Part shown: positions 23,132 to 36,516 of the stretch, piece after piece
Layout: every line of letters begins with the position of its first letter
How positions within the stretch are numbered: position 1 is the first letter of the stretch
Assembly (NCBI GenBank): GCA_051942205.1
Contig: JAVECO010000135.1
Span: 1-64,000 of the forward strand
Source: Coniocarpon cinnabarinum
Lineage: Eukaryota
Length of the DNA stretch: 64,000 bases
Reading direction: 5' to 3'
Program-made: the position numbers and the translations under genes
Notes under the pieces: generated by a model
The model's input: the letters and a program-made list of their open reading frames with translations, nothing else
Told to the model about the DNA's origin: nothing
The model's database searches: none

Positions 23132-24124
23132 TCACATCTCGTCCCCCCCCTTCAACCCCTCAGTGACACCCCGCAACTCCCCCAAAACAAAACGCGCAAC
23201 TCCGTCCCCTTCCACGCCGAAGATCAACTGTCCCTTCTGCACCCGCGTCGCCACGTCCCGCAGCCAGAGCACCCGCGACTTGTGCGCGACGAGGATCTTG
23301 AGCGCGGCCAGCGTCAGGAGGTTCTCGGCGCGGAGATTCTGCAGGATCGCGCGGCCGATGCGGTCCAGTTTGGCGGCGCCGTCTTGTGCTGCTCGCGTAA
23401 ATGGTGGGATGAAGGGGTGGTTGCTGGGGCTTTGGGAGTGGCTGAGGATGGCGTCGTGTGGAGTCGTGCTTTCGCCGTTCGCATTGTACTGGTTCCTTCT
23501 TTCATTGCCTCCTTCGTCTTCACCACCACGATGGCCGTCCCGATCGAGCCAACTGCCGTTGACACTCCCATAACCTTCATCAAACCCAGGATAATCACCC
23601 AAACAACCGATCAAAAGGCCAGCCGTCCCAACGGTAGGGAAAAGTAGATCCTGCACCTTACCACTCGGGAGCGTTGCCTTCAACTCGTGCACCCTTGCGT
23701 TGTACGCGTCGCGACAGTCCATCTCCGTTTGAAGGGCGCGAGTAGGGAAGGAGAGAATCTGGTAGTACAACTCCTCGAGGACAGATTTGTAGAGGAGATC
23801 GAGAGGTCCTTTAAGAACGGTATTGAGCATCTCTGTTTCTTCTTTTGTAGCTGTCTTGGCTGCGGGAGATGAGTCGGTGATGGACGGGTCTGTAGGAGAT
23901 TTGTTGGTAGTCGGGGTTATGGTAGATGGGTTGTCGGAGGTCGGGTTGTCGGTAAATTGACTAGTGGGAGAAGAGAGATTAGCCATGGTTCGCGTTTTCG
24001 AATCTTTCGTAACGAAAGAGATGCCAGAGTGTGAGTGTGAATCGATTGCGGAGTCGTTAGGGAGGGAGCCTGCTTCTCGCTTTTTGCAGCGGTGCAACAT
24101 TGTACGGAAGCGGCGAAACGTCAT
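23132..24124 (-). CDS. Hypothetical protein with S/T/P-rich N-terminus and a helical C-terminal domain
   Basis: Long single ORF. Probable start MTFRRFRTMLHRC at 24124. No recognisable motif. Confidence 0.55.
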   Translation of the reverse strand: MTFRRFRTMLHRCKKREAGSLPNDSAIDSHSHSGISFVTKDSKTRTMANLSSPTSQFTDNPTSDNPSTITPTTNKSPTDPSITDSSPAAKTATKEETEMLNTVLKGPLDLLYKSVLEELYYQILSFPTRALQTEMDCRDAYNARVHELKATLPSGKVQDLLFPTVGTAGLLIGCLGDYPGFDEGYGSVNGSWLDRDGHRGGEDEGGNERRNQYNANGESTTPHDAILSHSQSPSNHPFIPPFTRAAQDGAAKLDRIGRAILQNLRAENLLTLAALKILVAHKSRVLWLRDVATRVQKGQLIFGVEGDGVARFVLGELRGVTEGLKGGDEM

Positions 24125-25009
24125 TTTGACCGGGAGAGAGACGAAATATATAGTAGAAGAGAAGTGAGGAGGAAGATCGCTTAAGCGGTGTAGGTGTGGA
24201 GAAAAGAGGTGTGGCGGGTGGGCGGTGACTTTCAGATAGGAAAACGAGAAGTGTACAAGAGGGACGTCGGTTACTAGCGGCTCTGCTTTGTGTGCGGTGT
24301 GGTGGAAAAGCGAGTGGCTGGGATGTAGTTCACGTGAGGTGTTGACGCGTGACCTGACGAATGTATCGGTCAAGATCTTTGAGGAGCGGAGACGAATCTT
24401 GATTTGTACACCTCTGACGCGATTTGCCTCGAAGGGGAGATCCGCGATCGAAGATGAGATCTTTGCCTGTGTTTCGAAACTCGCTGATGCTGAATCTCCG
24501 TGCGACCTAATGTCGAGAAGGGACTTGGTGTTGAAGTCCGCTTTCTGATATGCTTCACCGATCTCCACACGCTTCACCTACATTCTTTAATTTCTTCAGC
24601 TGTCCTGGATATGGCATGCGATTGGCGTTGCGTGGACGGTAGACGGAAGAGAATACTCGTGCGCGCTGCAATGCTAAAGATGAATCGCTATTAGACAGCC
24701 AATGATTGACCTGCCACATTGATAATGTCTTTCGTACATCATTATCTTATTACTGTTCTATTCTTATATAGGCGTTTGAATGCTCCTGAGTCCGCTTCAA
24801 AATATGCGCATTGGCCGACTTGATCCTCAACTCCGGGAAGCCTGATGGCACGTGACTTTTTTTCAGGCATGATCCTGTGTCCACTGAAGGGCCTTCGCAA
24901 TGGTGGTGTCGAACTCGTAACCTGTCGAAGTTGGTATTTGTGTTGGGCATTCAGTGAGACGCCTTGGTCTTCTGACCCTTTGACGTAGATATAGTCGAGG
25001 GGATTGATT

Positions 25010-26047
25010 CTACTGTAAAGGTTTCCTGCCCACGATGACGAAGATGTCATACCGAATGTATGCTCCGCTGTCAAAATCTCGCTCGACAGCTCGTTCTAGC
25101 TCATCTAGTTGCTCCATGCTGAGCGCCCCGGCTGCTCCATTACCAGCCCGCAGCCGCGCCCAACCAAACGCTGCCTGCGCTGAGATCTTCGAACTGGGAA
25201 TGCGATTGTGGAGTAGTCGATCTGATGCGATCACGTCCTCGAAGCGCTCGACGAGACCGAGCAGTTGATAGATGTGGGGTAATGTCGAAAAGCCATACAA
25301 GAGATTCTCACCCACGGAACTTGACCAGTAATGCACCAGGTGTCCCAGATTATCCGTACACGAATCGGCCTCATTCCTCAATACGCGCACTTGCCACAGA
25401 TCTGGCTCCTCCCATTGGATGTACCCGCCCGGCTTAAGCAATGGAATGACACACCGGGCCATGACGGCCCAGCAGTCGCGGGTATTCGCAGAGGCCATGA
25501 AGCGAATATGAACAAGGTCATATTGGCCAAGGAATTGCGCGGCGAAAGGTTGCTTAGCGTCAACGATGTGAAAGTGAACGTTAGGTGAGGTGCGTTCAGG
25601 CGGGGGAAAGTTGAGGTCAGAGATGTCGAAGCCGTCGAGAGTGATGCCAGTACCAAGTTCCTCATTGCAAGCTTCCAGCCAGGCGCCGGTGGCGGTGCCA
25701 ATGTCGGCGATGCGTGCATTGGGGCCCAGGATGGGCCTGATTTTGGGGTGGACGCAGTAGCCGACGGTTCTGGGATGAATCAGTCGTCATGTAGGACCCT
25801 TTGATCAGCAATGCCAAGAATGAAGTGCTCGACCGTGGCCAGCAGCTATTTTGGAACAGCACATGACGAGAATGAAATAAGGTTGTGCCTACTCTAGTAG
25901 AATATGATGCTGCTTGACAGATCTTCGTTGTCATCCTTGGTTAGCACATGAAGACGTTTCATATCAGCTCTCGAGGTGCTCATACCTCTCACTCTCTGCA
26001 CCACCACGGGCGTACTCATAGTGGTCCGGCGACATCGTTGTGGCCAT
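25010..26047 (-). CDS. Class I SAM-dependent methyltransferase
   Basis: Spliced MATTMSPDHYEYARGGAESER|SVKQHHILLE|TVGYCVHPKI..RIADIGTATGAWL..LDGFDIS..YDLVHIRF..LLKPGGYIQWEE. Confidence 0.85.
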
Positions 26048-28192
26048 GTGCAAATGGGAAACAGTGTAGAAGCGCAGGCAGTGGGGACAAGTAGATATCG
26101 ATAAAAGTACGGCGTGTGGCTGCTAGAGGGGAAAGGCACTCGCTTCCCCCTTCCGATCACAGTAATGAAAGGTGCTCACTTCATTGTGCCTGATGAGCTG
26201 TCCGATGTATGTTGCGGTCCAGTCATTCGGCTGCAGACGGCAGGGGCTGGGGACGAGGCAGACCATGATCAAGGCAGACGAGGATAAGACGCGCCCGCGC
26301 GCGCACAGGAGGAGAAAAAAAAGAGCTGGCGTGGGAGGTTCCAGAGCACCGATGCGCACGACCTGGCCCTTGCGATCAATAGTGACGGGTGAAGCCGCTG
26401 GGATCTCAAAGGAGACTAGCCCCTGGGATTTGGCTTTGGGCTACCCTTAACGGGCGCGGCGGTAGTGGCCTTAGGACCATAACGGTAATACTGCATCTGA
26501 CGTGGAGCGAGTATCGGCGTGCAGTATCAGGGCGTTCTCCGCATGAACCGCTGGCCATGGGTGTAGCCGTGTTCCTCGCCCAGCCCCAGGCAGCGCTTCG
26601 TGACAAGAGCTGATGGTGACGCGCACCGTGTCAGTGTCAGTGTCAGAGGGCAGACAACAGCAGCACATTACGCAACACACGCAGGTCCCTTCCCCGGAGG
26701 TGAGATGCTGATGCGGTTGATCGTCGACAGCGTGCATGTCTCGGCTTTCCTGGAACGCGGCTCTTGTGGGTCTGGGGCCTGGTCTTTGACACTGGCACTA
26801 CTGGCGCCGCGGAAGTGGTAAATGGCCTGAGCATGGATGTCCGTCGCGACCTCACTCGAAGAAGCAGATATGTCGCCGCGCGAGGTCATGAACGTGGTCG
26901 CGGGTGGGAGGGTCGACGGGGCAGGTGCGAGGGATAATGGAATGCATACATAAGTGCATACCTATGCAGCACGCACTGCAGCAGCGTGGCGCCGTTCTAG
27001 AAGAACGTTGCCCACTCTTCGAACAGCCTCTTAGTGCCAGGGTAGGGCGCTGACCCGGTTCGGTTCGTCCTCGGCTGCACGACTTGAAACGAAGATCCGC
27101 ACGTCCGCGGCGCTCGGCGTCAATGGCAAAAGGGCACACAAGTCGCGCGTCTGAGGTGTGTGCTGCGTCTAGGGGCGATGGTCAAGCAGCTAGGCAGCGA
27201 GGTATGGGATGCACGTATTCCAGGTAGCACCAGATCGAGTTGTGTGGGATGGAGCGGTGCAGCCTTGGCTGTGAAATGGGCCGGCCGTGTGCTCACTGCT
27301 CGACCGCCCGTGGCCCCCATGTCTCAATTATGCCGAGGATGACAGGGCGTGAGCTGCGTGGCCCTCCAGACTCTGTTACTGTGTAACCAAACCCCCCTGG
27401 TAAGAATGCTGCACCATCACCATCTACCGCGCCCGGTGCCAGCGCGCAGACGGACGAAGCCACGGCGTTTGCCAGAGCCTCAACGGAACAAGCCAGCCCT
27501 CCTCCTGTCATGTCTTTCTTTCTCCGACAGGCCGCCAACGACGGGCATCACGCCTTTCTCTCCGCGTCGCTGGCCTGTGCCGAACTTCCTGGCGACCGTC
27601 GATGCTGACAACGGAGGAGCCTCACTCGTCGCGGCAATGGCGCCGAGCCTCACTGCCGACTCCGCCTCGCTCGTGGTCTTCCAATAGGTCGGTACTGTAG
27701 GTACTGTCGTCCTGATGCTCCAGCAGTGACATCGTGGACATCCCAGTACTTGAGCCTGTCTTGCGACCGTATAGGCAAATATCTCAGAACGCACCAGCAA
27801 GTACCTATAGAAACGAACACCGATTACATCATTGTCTGCGTACAAAGACGCCGCTGGCCATGGTCTCGGCAGCTCACGTCGCGTGCAGGTGTCAGGCAAC
27901 CGCACCATCGTGAGAGTGGACTGGCGGGCAGTTGCGTAATTGAATATGAACCGACCCCACACCGCCGGGGCTCCCTGGTTCCGTGAGTGCCTGTGTAACA
28001 CGGGCTATACTCCCCTGAAACGTGGAGACATCAATGCTCGAGGTCCATGCGCTTCTACTTGAGGCAGGGCGCGGTCAAGTATGTGATGCTCCGGCGCGAC
28101 TAGAGCTCGTTCCGAAAACTTTGTCCTACCTTCCCATCCTCTCCGAGATACAGGCAAGAAGCAAGCTTCCAGGCAGCCACCGAGACACCACC

Positions 28193-28564
28193 ATGTCGCA
28201 GTCAAATGAGAAAAAACAAGGTGTCTCCATCACCCAGACACAGACGTCACCTGCAGAGTCCTCAACTGGGCCACAGCCAGACAGAAACCCATCCGACGGC
28301 CGGAGCCGACCTGCTCCCGGCATCAAATGGGGCATCACGCCCAAAGAGGGTGACGACACTCACCGCAAGAGCGTCGCCGAGCTCCCTTCCGACCACCCGG
28401 TCCACCGCTGGACGCCGGACGAACAAGCGGAGATGCGGAACAAGGGCATTAACCCGATCCTCAAAGCCGAGATGGACGCCGCTGTCTCGAACGAGGACGG
28501 GTCAAAGAGCAAGAAGAAGAGCTTCCTGCGGGGCATGGGGACATGGGGCATGAATATCAAGTAA
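28193..28564 (+). CDS. Small hypothetical protein
   Basis: ATG in CACCATG context. Coding-like codon usage (MSQSNEKK..HPVHRWTPDEQAEMRNKGINPILKAEMDAA..). Confidence 0.6.
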   Translation: MSQSNEKKQGVSITQTQTSPAESSTGPQPDRNPSDGRSRPAPGIKWGITPKEGDDTHRKSVAELPSDHPVHRWTPDEQAEMRNKGINPILKAEMDAAVSNEDGSKSKKKSFLRGMGTWGMNIK

Positions 28565-28707
28565 TTCACGCCGGAGGATCTGACGGCGTTTACGCTCCAG
28601 ACGGTGCTGTTTCTTTACAATACTCATGTGTATGCGATAGATTATCGTCGCTATGCAGACCAACTCGTGACACAGACCAAGTAGGTACTTCATGACAGGC
28701 CGCGACG

Positions 28708-30300
28708 TCAGTCCGCCTCGGGTATCAACATCGTACTCACCTCCCAACTGGCGCCTGACCCACCGCCATAGCCACCTCCAAGCTTGTTTTTCACCATACT
28801 CTGCACGCGCTCTTTGAGGCGCAACATCGAGTCTTCAGTGCTACCGCCCCTGATTCGCAATCTCAGGCTGGCCAAACACAGCCCGTAGTGTACTTGCCAC
28901 ACCTTTGCCTCTTCCACTGTCTTCACCGACGGATCGGTAGCGATATCTCGTACGACTTCACCCACGCTGCCAGACTCTGCAGGCGGTGAGTAGCTCATCA
29001 GCAACATGCTGCCCAGTGCTTGCACCAGGTAGTATCCGAGCACACACATTGCGATAGCCATACTCGTCGATAAGACTTTGTCGGCAAGCATGTAGTTTTC
29101 CCATCCGAAGAAAGGGAGGATGAGCAACAACGCTGAAAAGCTCACAGTCAGGAAGTGGCTGGGGTTGCTCAAAACGCCAGGCATCGACGCCAGCCGTCCG
29201 AATCGCATACTTCTTGCCATTCGAGCGTGATTGCGCAAGAAAACCGCAGAGACAATCGTGCTGCCGGTTGCGAAGACTGACACCAGGGTGATTGAAGCGG
29301 ACGAAATGCGCGCGTTTGTGTGCACGTGCTCGCGGTGCGGCTCGTGGTCCCCTCCATGACGCTCGAGCGCGTGACTGACGTTGTGCGAAATGAGGTCGAA
29401 CCCCATGAAGAGAAGAAGAATGCTCATGGCAAATCCGACCAAGACTTCTGACCGCTCGAGACCGAAAGGTTGCCGGATCGAGCTGCGCTTCCAAACCTCA
29501 AAGTTGGAGAGGACACCAACGAAGGCGCATAGAAATGCTCCGATCGCGTCGTAGAAGATTAGATGCGACAGCGCCGTCAGTGCTAGAGAGCCTTGCGCAG
29601 ACCACTGCACGAACGCTGCCACAAACAAATGGCAGAAGCACCAACCCATCCGAATAGTTTGTTCTTGAGTCATGGATTTCCAGCCTTCTCGCAGCGTCGG
29701 CACGGGCAGTGACGCTGGAAGGCGCAGCGGCTTCCTCGGTGGTGGCTCAAGGAAGATTTGATGTGAGACGGAGGAGTGCTTGTATTTGTGACCGCGTCGT
29801 TGGCCCATCTGTTGGCTGACAACCTAATACAACATGTCAGCTGAGATCCTTTGCGTACTACGTGGGAGCGTCATATGGCATACACTCTTCTTTGGACTCC
29901 TGTTCATCGCCGGTGTATATACACGCGTCTGAAACCTGAACGGCCCATTACTGATGCTGTCATTGTCCATGCGTACGCTTCTTTCGCTGGCACTGTCATC
30001 TATAATCGCGCTTTCGCTTGCGTTTTGATCGTAGGGGCTGGTCAAACTGCCACTGCTCAAGGCCGGGCTGAGCGTCATGGCTGGGGTTGACTTGGTGGAG
30101 GAGAACGAGCCGTAGATTTGACTGGGCTGAAGAGTCTGACTTGGGTAGGGGTTGTTGAATTCACGGGTAACGAAGGAAGGTGTGCGTTCGGTGCCGAGGC
30201 CATCCGCGAAGCCCAACCCCTTGACGGAGCCCGGACTTTCGTCTGAAGGAGGAGTCGGCGTTCGAGGGGGCGCGGGAACGGATAAACTGTTGGAGGCCAT
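28708..30300 (-). CDS. ZRG17: Cation diffusion facilitator (Zn transporter), Zrg17-like
   Basis: HKYKHSSVSHQIFLEPPPR, SHLIFYD, PFGLERSEVL, a His-rich loop and WQVHYG. One intron after a disordered N-terminal exon. Confidence 0.78.
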
Positions 30301-30774
30301 GGTTGGAGTCGAACAATGATAGCATTTAGGTTGCACTTGCGCAGGTACCGAACAAAGAGCGTGCAGTCTGCATGCGACTAGTCGTGCGGAGGGGGGACAC
30401 TCTCTCTCGACTGACGGGACGAGGCATCAATGAATGCGTCAGAACTGACTTGCACGAAGTAGTAGAAGAGGTTACAGAAAGAATCAAGATTGCGTAACAA
30501 GAGGATTCACAAGGAGGGATGAGATGAATGTGTAGCAACACGTGCAGAAGCGTGTTCGAGGGGGTTTGACATCCGCCCTTTACGTCAGGGACATGGTCCA
30601 TGCATCATTGGCGATGTTTCAAATGTACGCTAGTGTCGCGCGTATGATTGCAGATTGGCGTCACCCTCTCCCAATTCTTTCGTCCTGTCGTTGCTCACCT
30701 ACTAGTCTACCTCGCTCATCGAGAAGCGATGTGGCACGCGACTGATTCCACGTCCTCACACTCGTCTCCGCGCC

Positions 30775-31695
30775 ATGGAAGAGACGCACGAGCTGCTCCA
30801 ACGTAAGCGCAAGGGCTCCCTGCGCAAGTCGGTTCTGCTAGGTGTCGAACGCTTGCGAGGAGATCGCAGGTCGTCGCTGTCCACCGTCACGAATGCGAGG
30901 AAGAGTCCCACCAAATCTGAAGCGCAAGCTGAACCTCCAGCGAAGCCGCTCACATTTGAGCTTCCAAACTCCTCGACCGAGAGTTATGCGTCCGACGGCA
31001 AGCCCACCGCCCCAATCGTACACTCTTTCCTCCCCAATGGCAATGGACCCATTGCGGAAGCCACGACGCACGACATCATCAGTCCCACCTCGACTCACAC
31101 TTCAGCCACGTCAGACGATGATGTTCTCTCCATGCCTCTATCGACGTCCACCGTCTCCACAAATGCAGCAAACCTTGATCCGCGGGGACTACGCTCACCA
31201 GCGTTCTTTCCGCCGCCAATAGCACCTGTCTCGCCGTCCCCATCACCGCCTTCATCTGAATCATCGAGCCCCGCCGCAGTCTTTGCCGCCAACGAATCTA
31301 CGATGCGCAATCGTCGTCGCTCGACCATCCGTTCAGCGGTGGTCAAGAGCTCGCCGCTGACCACCATACCCGCCATTCAGACACTGCCTCCAATTGAAGA
31401 AGAGCGGGACTACGGCGATACCGAGTGGTGGGGCTGGATCATCCTCGTTGTGACGTGGATTGTCTTTGTGGTCGGCATGGGAAGCTGTCTGGGTGTGTGG
31501 AGCTGGGCGTGGGATGTTGGCGAGACGCCCTATGCACCGCCAGAGTTGGAAGATGATCCAACTTTGCCCATTGTGGGCTACTATCCTGCTCTGCTCGTTC
31601 TGACCGCTGTCATGAGCTGGATTTGGGTGATAATAGCCTGGATGGGTCTGAAATATTTCAAACACGCCAAGATGGGCGTTGTGGAAGACACTTGA
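30775..31695 (+). CDS. Protein with C-terminal two-TM PIG-Y/Eri1-like domain
   Basis: Ser-rich disordered N-terminus followed by WWGWIILVVTW..YYPALLVLTAVMSWIWVIIAWMGLKYFKHA. Confidence 0.65.
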   Translation: MEETHELLQRKRKGSLRKSVLLGVERLRGDRRSSLSTVTNARKSPTKSEAQAEPPAKPLTFELPNSSTESYASDGKPTAPIVHSFLPNGNGPIAEATTHDIISPTSTHTSATSDDDVLSMPLSTSTVSTNAANLDPRGLRSPAFFPPPIAPVSPSPSPPSSESSSPAAVFAANESTMRNRRRSTIRSAVVKSSPLTTIPAIQTLPPIEEERDYGDTEWWGWIILVVTWIVFVVGMGSCLGVWSWAWDVGETPYAPPELEDDPTLPIVGYYPALLVLTAVMSWIWVIIAWMGLKYFKHAKMGVVEDT

Positions 31696-31837
31696 TGGTA
31701 AAAGGCCCTGCGATAGAGTAAAAGAATCATGGAAGTGACAAACACTCCTGCGGTACCTGAATTTATATCTATCAAGATATGTACAGAATGCGGCTGAAGG
31801 CTATGTACAATTACATGCGGCCCAAAAGTCTAACGTC

Positions 31838-33417
31838 CTACAACTTCGCGCTAACAGGAACCGCGTTGGGGTTTCTGGCCAGCTCCTGAGGCATACTGAG
31901 TGGATCATACACATTGTGAGACAGTGTGTCTGCAGGGACCGTCTGGGTGTGTAGACCCAGCGCTCTCGTGTCCACCATCTCAGGTCCGAGCTGATCCACG
32001 CTGCTGCAACCAATCAGTCGCATGTTCATCTCCATCTCATCTTTGAGCAATTGCATTGCTCGATCAACACCAGCCAGACCGTACGCCGACATGGCGTAGA
32101 GGAAAGGCCGGCCAATGCCTACGCCTTTCGCTCCCAGACACATCGCTTTGATGATGTCTGTTGCTCTTCGGACACCGCCGTCCACGAAGATCTCAAGACG
32201 GTTCTCCAGTCCACGCTTGCGCAGTTCAGGCATGACCTCTGCAAGCACTTCGATACCGGACGGAGCAAAGTCCAGCTGGCGTCCGCCGTGATTGGAAAGG
32301 ACCACTCCTTGCACACCAATCTCGACGGCACGTAGCACGTCTTCCACCCGCTGGACACCCTTGAGAATGATCGGCATCTTGGTGACGCTCAGGAACCAGG
32401 GGATATCCTTCCAGCTGAGACTGGGATCAATGAAGCTAGAGATGGCGCGAGCCGCGCCCTGTGAGCGGTCCACGCTGTCACCGCCGGTGTCTTGCACGTT
32501 AGACCCGACGTCGGAGAACTTGCTCCTCATGTCCTTCTCGCGCCGACCGAGCTGCGGCGCATCCACGGTAATGAAAAGACCTTTGCATCCGCGCGCCTCG
32601 GCGTGCTTAATAATACGCTCCGTGATCTTTCGATCTTTGTTCACGTATAATTGCAGCCATTGAACTTGGTTGCCTTGCCGTGCATCGACGATTTCGTCGA
32701 AGCTGCATGATGCCAGTGTCGGTATCATCTGGACGACGTTATGCTTGTGCGCGCCTCGTGTCAGGACGACCTCGCCTTCAGGATGTCCTAATTTGCCGAG
32801 CGCCGTCGCCGTCACGTAGAACGGAATGTCCACCTTCGTCCCTAACATGGTTGTCGAGAGATCAATGTTCTCCACATCGTGCAATATCCGCGGCCGGAAC
32901 CAGATCTTGTGATACGCCGAGTGGTTTTCTCGCATGGTGATCTCGTCATCGGCACCGGACGAGTAATACGCCCACGCCGTCTTCTTCATCACACGACGGG
33001 CCACGCTCTCAAAGTCGAGTAGGTTATAGCATTGTTCGAGTATAGGCATGTGTTGAAGACGCTCCTGCCGCGCCTTCTCTTCTGTAGACTCTTCTTTCTC
33101 TTCCTTCTCGACGGTGTCCATGTTTACCTCGCCGAGGTGCTTGCTCGCGTCCAGGAACTTGTCGAGGGTGTCTGGCGGATGGATCGGCTATTGCGAATGG
33201 TTGTGATCAGGTTTCTGGCTTTGGTTGTGGTGGGGAGGGAGTGGCGACGTACCTCGTATTCTTCTGTTGCATCTTTACCGGCGTACTTGAGGATGATCTT
33301 AGGACCGCCGGGGTGCTCGGGGAGGAACTCGGTCACGTCGTAGGCTTTGCCGTGGACGATGACCCAGCAGTCTTTGTTGTTATTGTGTTTTGCGATGTCG
33401 GCGCCGCTTAACGCCAT
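31838..33417 (-). CDS. Flavocytochrome b2-like alpha-hydroxy acid dehydrogenase
   Basis: Cytochrome b5 domain ([23 protein letters not shown]), one intron, then the FMN domain ([37 protein letters not shown]). Ends AKL. Confidence 0.95.
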
Positions 33418-33856
33418 GTTGAAGATGTGTATGTCAGTAGAGCGCCGTGGGTTGTGCCGCCTTGGTTTGTTGAAAGCGGAGGTATAGCTTTGGTGGCAAA
33501 TGAGGGCAATGCAGAGAATACGTGTGATTCTGTTGATCCAGACAACTCGTCAAGAGTCACAGAATCAATTACGAAGCTGCGTCCAAGCAATAGACTTTGA
33601 GATCGGTTGCGACATCCAATGGCAGACGACAAGACGGCATTGGACTCGGTGTCATTGGCGGGGCTACCCCAGACTCCAAGAGATCTCCGCAAATGTTGGA
33701 TGGAAGCGAGCCATCTCCGCTCGGCCGAGTCTTTGCCTTTCTGATATTCGGTGCAGTCGGAGGACATGTTTTGATTCTCCTTGGGGTTGGTATCTTGAAG
33801 TTAAAGGAAAGGCACGGATGCATGGTCGTCACAGGTGCTTCGTGGGAATAATAGGA

Positions 33857-36050
33857 TTACAATTCTAATGAAGCGACATAACCACCAGCTTGGCTTTGCG
33901 ATCCCCATACCCCTTCCTGTACGCGGTCCGCAATAGCAGCCAAAAGTGACCGCGTCTGCTCATTCCCTTCACCCATGCCCTCTAGCTCAGCGAGTCTCTT
34001 CTGCACAAGAATCAGGCAGTCCCACTTGCCCGTTGCAACCTTGTATGCATTGCTCTCCGGGTCGCCGCGGCCTCCCACAAGATGTGTAAACGTCTGCGCT
34101 GGTTTCAGGAGGAATGGGAATACACGTTCTCGAATGGGGCTCTGTAGCAGTGCTTCGATGCCGGACGCCGCTAGCTGTCTTGGTGCTTGACTTACGCTCG
34201 GCAGAAGTGAAATGAGCTTTGCTTCAGATGGAAGGCAAGACAAGTCTATAGGTGGTGATGACTCTGAAAACCGATTCTCTCGTGGTAGCGGTGGCCAATT
34301 TGCCTCAGCAATGCTTGAGATGACATTGAACGCTGCGAGCGCTTTATCTGGTATCGCAACAATGTTTGCGTGGTCTATGAGGTCTGAGAACAGGCTGTCG
34401 TGGTAAGCATGATAGACGTAGAAAATCGCACGAGCAGCCGCAGCTTCGGCATCGTCCTCCACCAAGTACGATGGTGGTTGGACTGATAGCTCGGAAGATG
34501 CAGCTGAAGAGGCTTTCAATGATGATTGCGGGCCTCGGAAGATTGTCGCAAGGGTGTTGAGGGCGTCGGCACTGGTGTTTTTACAAGGTACGAGGAGAAG
34601 TGGCGTCGAATGACGTCCAACGCCCATGCCCATTTGTGGTAGCAGGGAAACGCGTGGCAGAGATGCTAGGACGTTCAGATCGTGCTTGGGTGATTGACCC
34701 TGAGCCCATTGTCCAGCAGAGATCGACAATGCTCTTGAAAGCCGTTGTAGGACTGCGGGCTGTATTTGATCACGCAGGAAGGCATTAGGGTATTCGAATA
34801 CGTAGGTTGACATGTACTGCGCTGACTGATGAAACCAGCGAGATTAGTTGGGTCTACATCAAATGTGGTTTGCAAGATGACTTACGGGTCCACTGAGAAA
34901 GGTAAGGTCCAGAGGATCGTGACTTGGGTCATTGGGTAAGAGCCAGAATGACAGACTTCGTTGATGCAGCCCTCGTTCGCGCAGGAGGTGAAGTGATACT
35001 GAAACATCTCTAGTAAACACTCACGTTAGCCACAAGGCAGTCTGAGGGACCAAGCTAATGAGCATGCCGCCTTTCTTTCAAAGAAAAAAAATGGGGTCGA
35101 AACTTGTCTCTTAGCGGGGAAACCCACTGCGCAGATACTGGTGCAAGGCATAGAGCTTACTTTTCTGAAGAAGGTTGCTTGACAGTCTTGATCAAGTCGC
35201 AATAGAACTGAATAAGATTCAAGTGTATTAAGACATCTTCTTTGTAGTCTGCCATGTGCACTGCAATAAAATCTAATAACCCTTCTTTGGGGGGATTTAT
35301 GCCGGAATTCTTCTCAATCTCTGCATTGTGAGATTTGGTAAGGCACGACCAATCAAGAGCTCCAAGTCGCGGCGCAACAGATAGCAGCCTTGCTTGGGCG
35401 AGCGAGCGATCCTTTCGCGATATATTGGAGTTGCATGACGCGAAGATGACAGAGTAAATATCCTTGTCGTCGAAGATGCGACGCCAGAGCAAGCCATGCC
35501 CTCCTTTGAACGATGTGGTCGCGCTGATACCGTGGACCGCAACGTCCACTGCCTCCTTATCTGATTCTAGTAATGCCAGAAGCACAGAACTTGCTTCGTC
35601 GGCGACCCCGACGTCTGGTGTAGACAGCCACAGCTGCACCAGTGCTTTCACAACCGGCTGCAGATTAGCCAAAGTATCAAGGTCGCTGGTCGAGGCTGAC
35701 GCTTTCTTTAGCAGCTGCAGCATCACACGATTGTAAGGCAAAGCCTCTACAGCGAGACCACCGGCAAAGTCCACTGGCGGCTCAATCGCGAGAACGTCTT
35801 CAAATGAAAAGGGTTGCACGAGCTTCTCGAGGAGGCGCACAAGTGCTGATGGGTCTTGTCTTAGCTTTGGTGACAGCCTTGATATTTGCGACACAAGAAG
35901 GTGGTTCTCGGATGGGTTCTGTTTTACTGTTGGAGGTAGAAACACGACGCATTCATCCAGCAGCTTCTCGTCCAACGGTCGGCTGGGATCAGTATGAACA
36001 TCTTGCAGATGTTGCTGAAGCGTAGCGAGCAAATCTGAAGACGATGGCAT
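33857..36050 (-). CDS. ARM/HEAT-like helical protein, possibly Hsm3-like proteasome chaperone
   Basis: Three exons splice in frame (36050-35160, ~35010-34886, ~34840-33857). Leu-rich helical sequence with WRRIFDD and SLAQARLL. The family call is tentative. Confidence 0.55.
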
Positions 36051-36516
36051 GGTTCTGACACTTCGCGAGCTAGGCGTAGAAGTTTGCCATAATTATCGTG
36101 ACGAGCCGCCACTGTATATGTTCGGTGCGGTACTGCCAGTCGTTCAGCGAGACGGGACAGCTCTCCAGCAATTTTCGCGGTCCTGATTGAATGTTCTTGA
36201 CTATCAAAGGTAATTCGAGTAATTTATTTGAGAGACTAGGTACCTGCCTGTGCTGCAAATAGACAGCGGATGCCACATGTGTGCCTGGTCTTTCCGAACA
36301 AAAGCTAGCATGTCACGTGACCAACTCACAGAAGATGTTTTTGAACACCGCAGGGCGGCTCGAAAGGTTTTCGAAGATCTATCCACGATTCTCATAATTT
36401 GTGTCGTACTCGTATAGATCAGTGCCTCTGCGAGAATACCTTCCTTCGAAGCTCTCGAATCCAAGTTACTTCATCGGTGAACTCGTTTCCTCGATAACAC
36501 TCTTCTTGACTCAAAC

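Noticed and set aside
24125..24577. 5' extension of the 481-aa ORF
   Set aside because: Begins at a non-ATG codon and looks like pyrimidine-rich promoter/UTR on the coding strand.
26100..28150. Many short ORFs and a GTGTCA micro-repeat in a 2-kb intergenic region
   Set aside because: No coherent gene model, tRNA box or CRISPR-like periodicity; likely promoter DNA between divergent genes.
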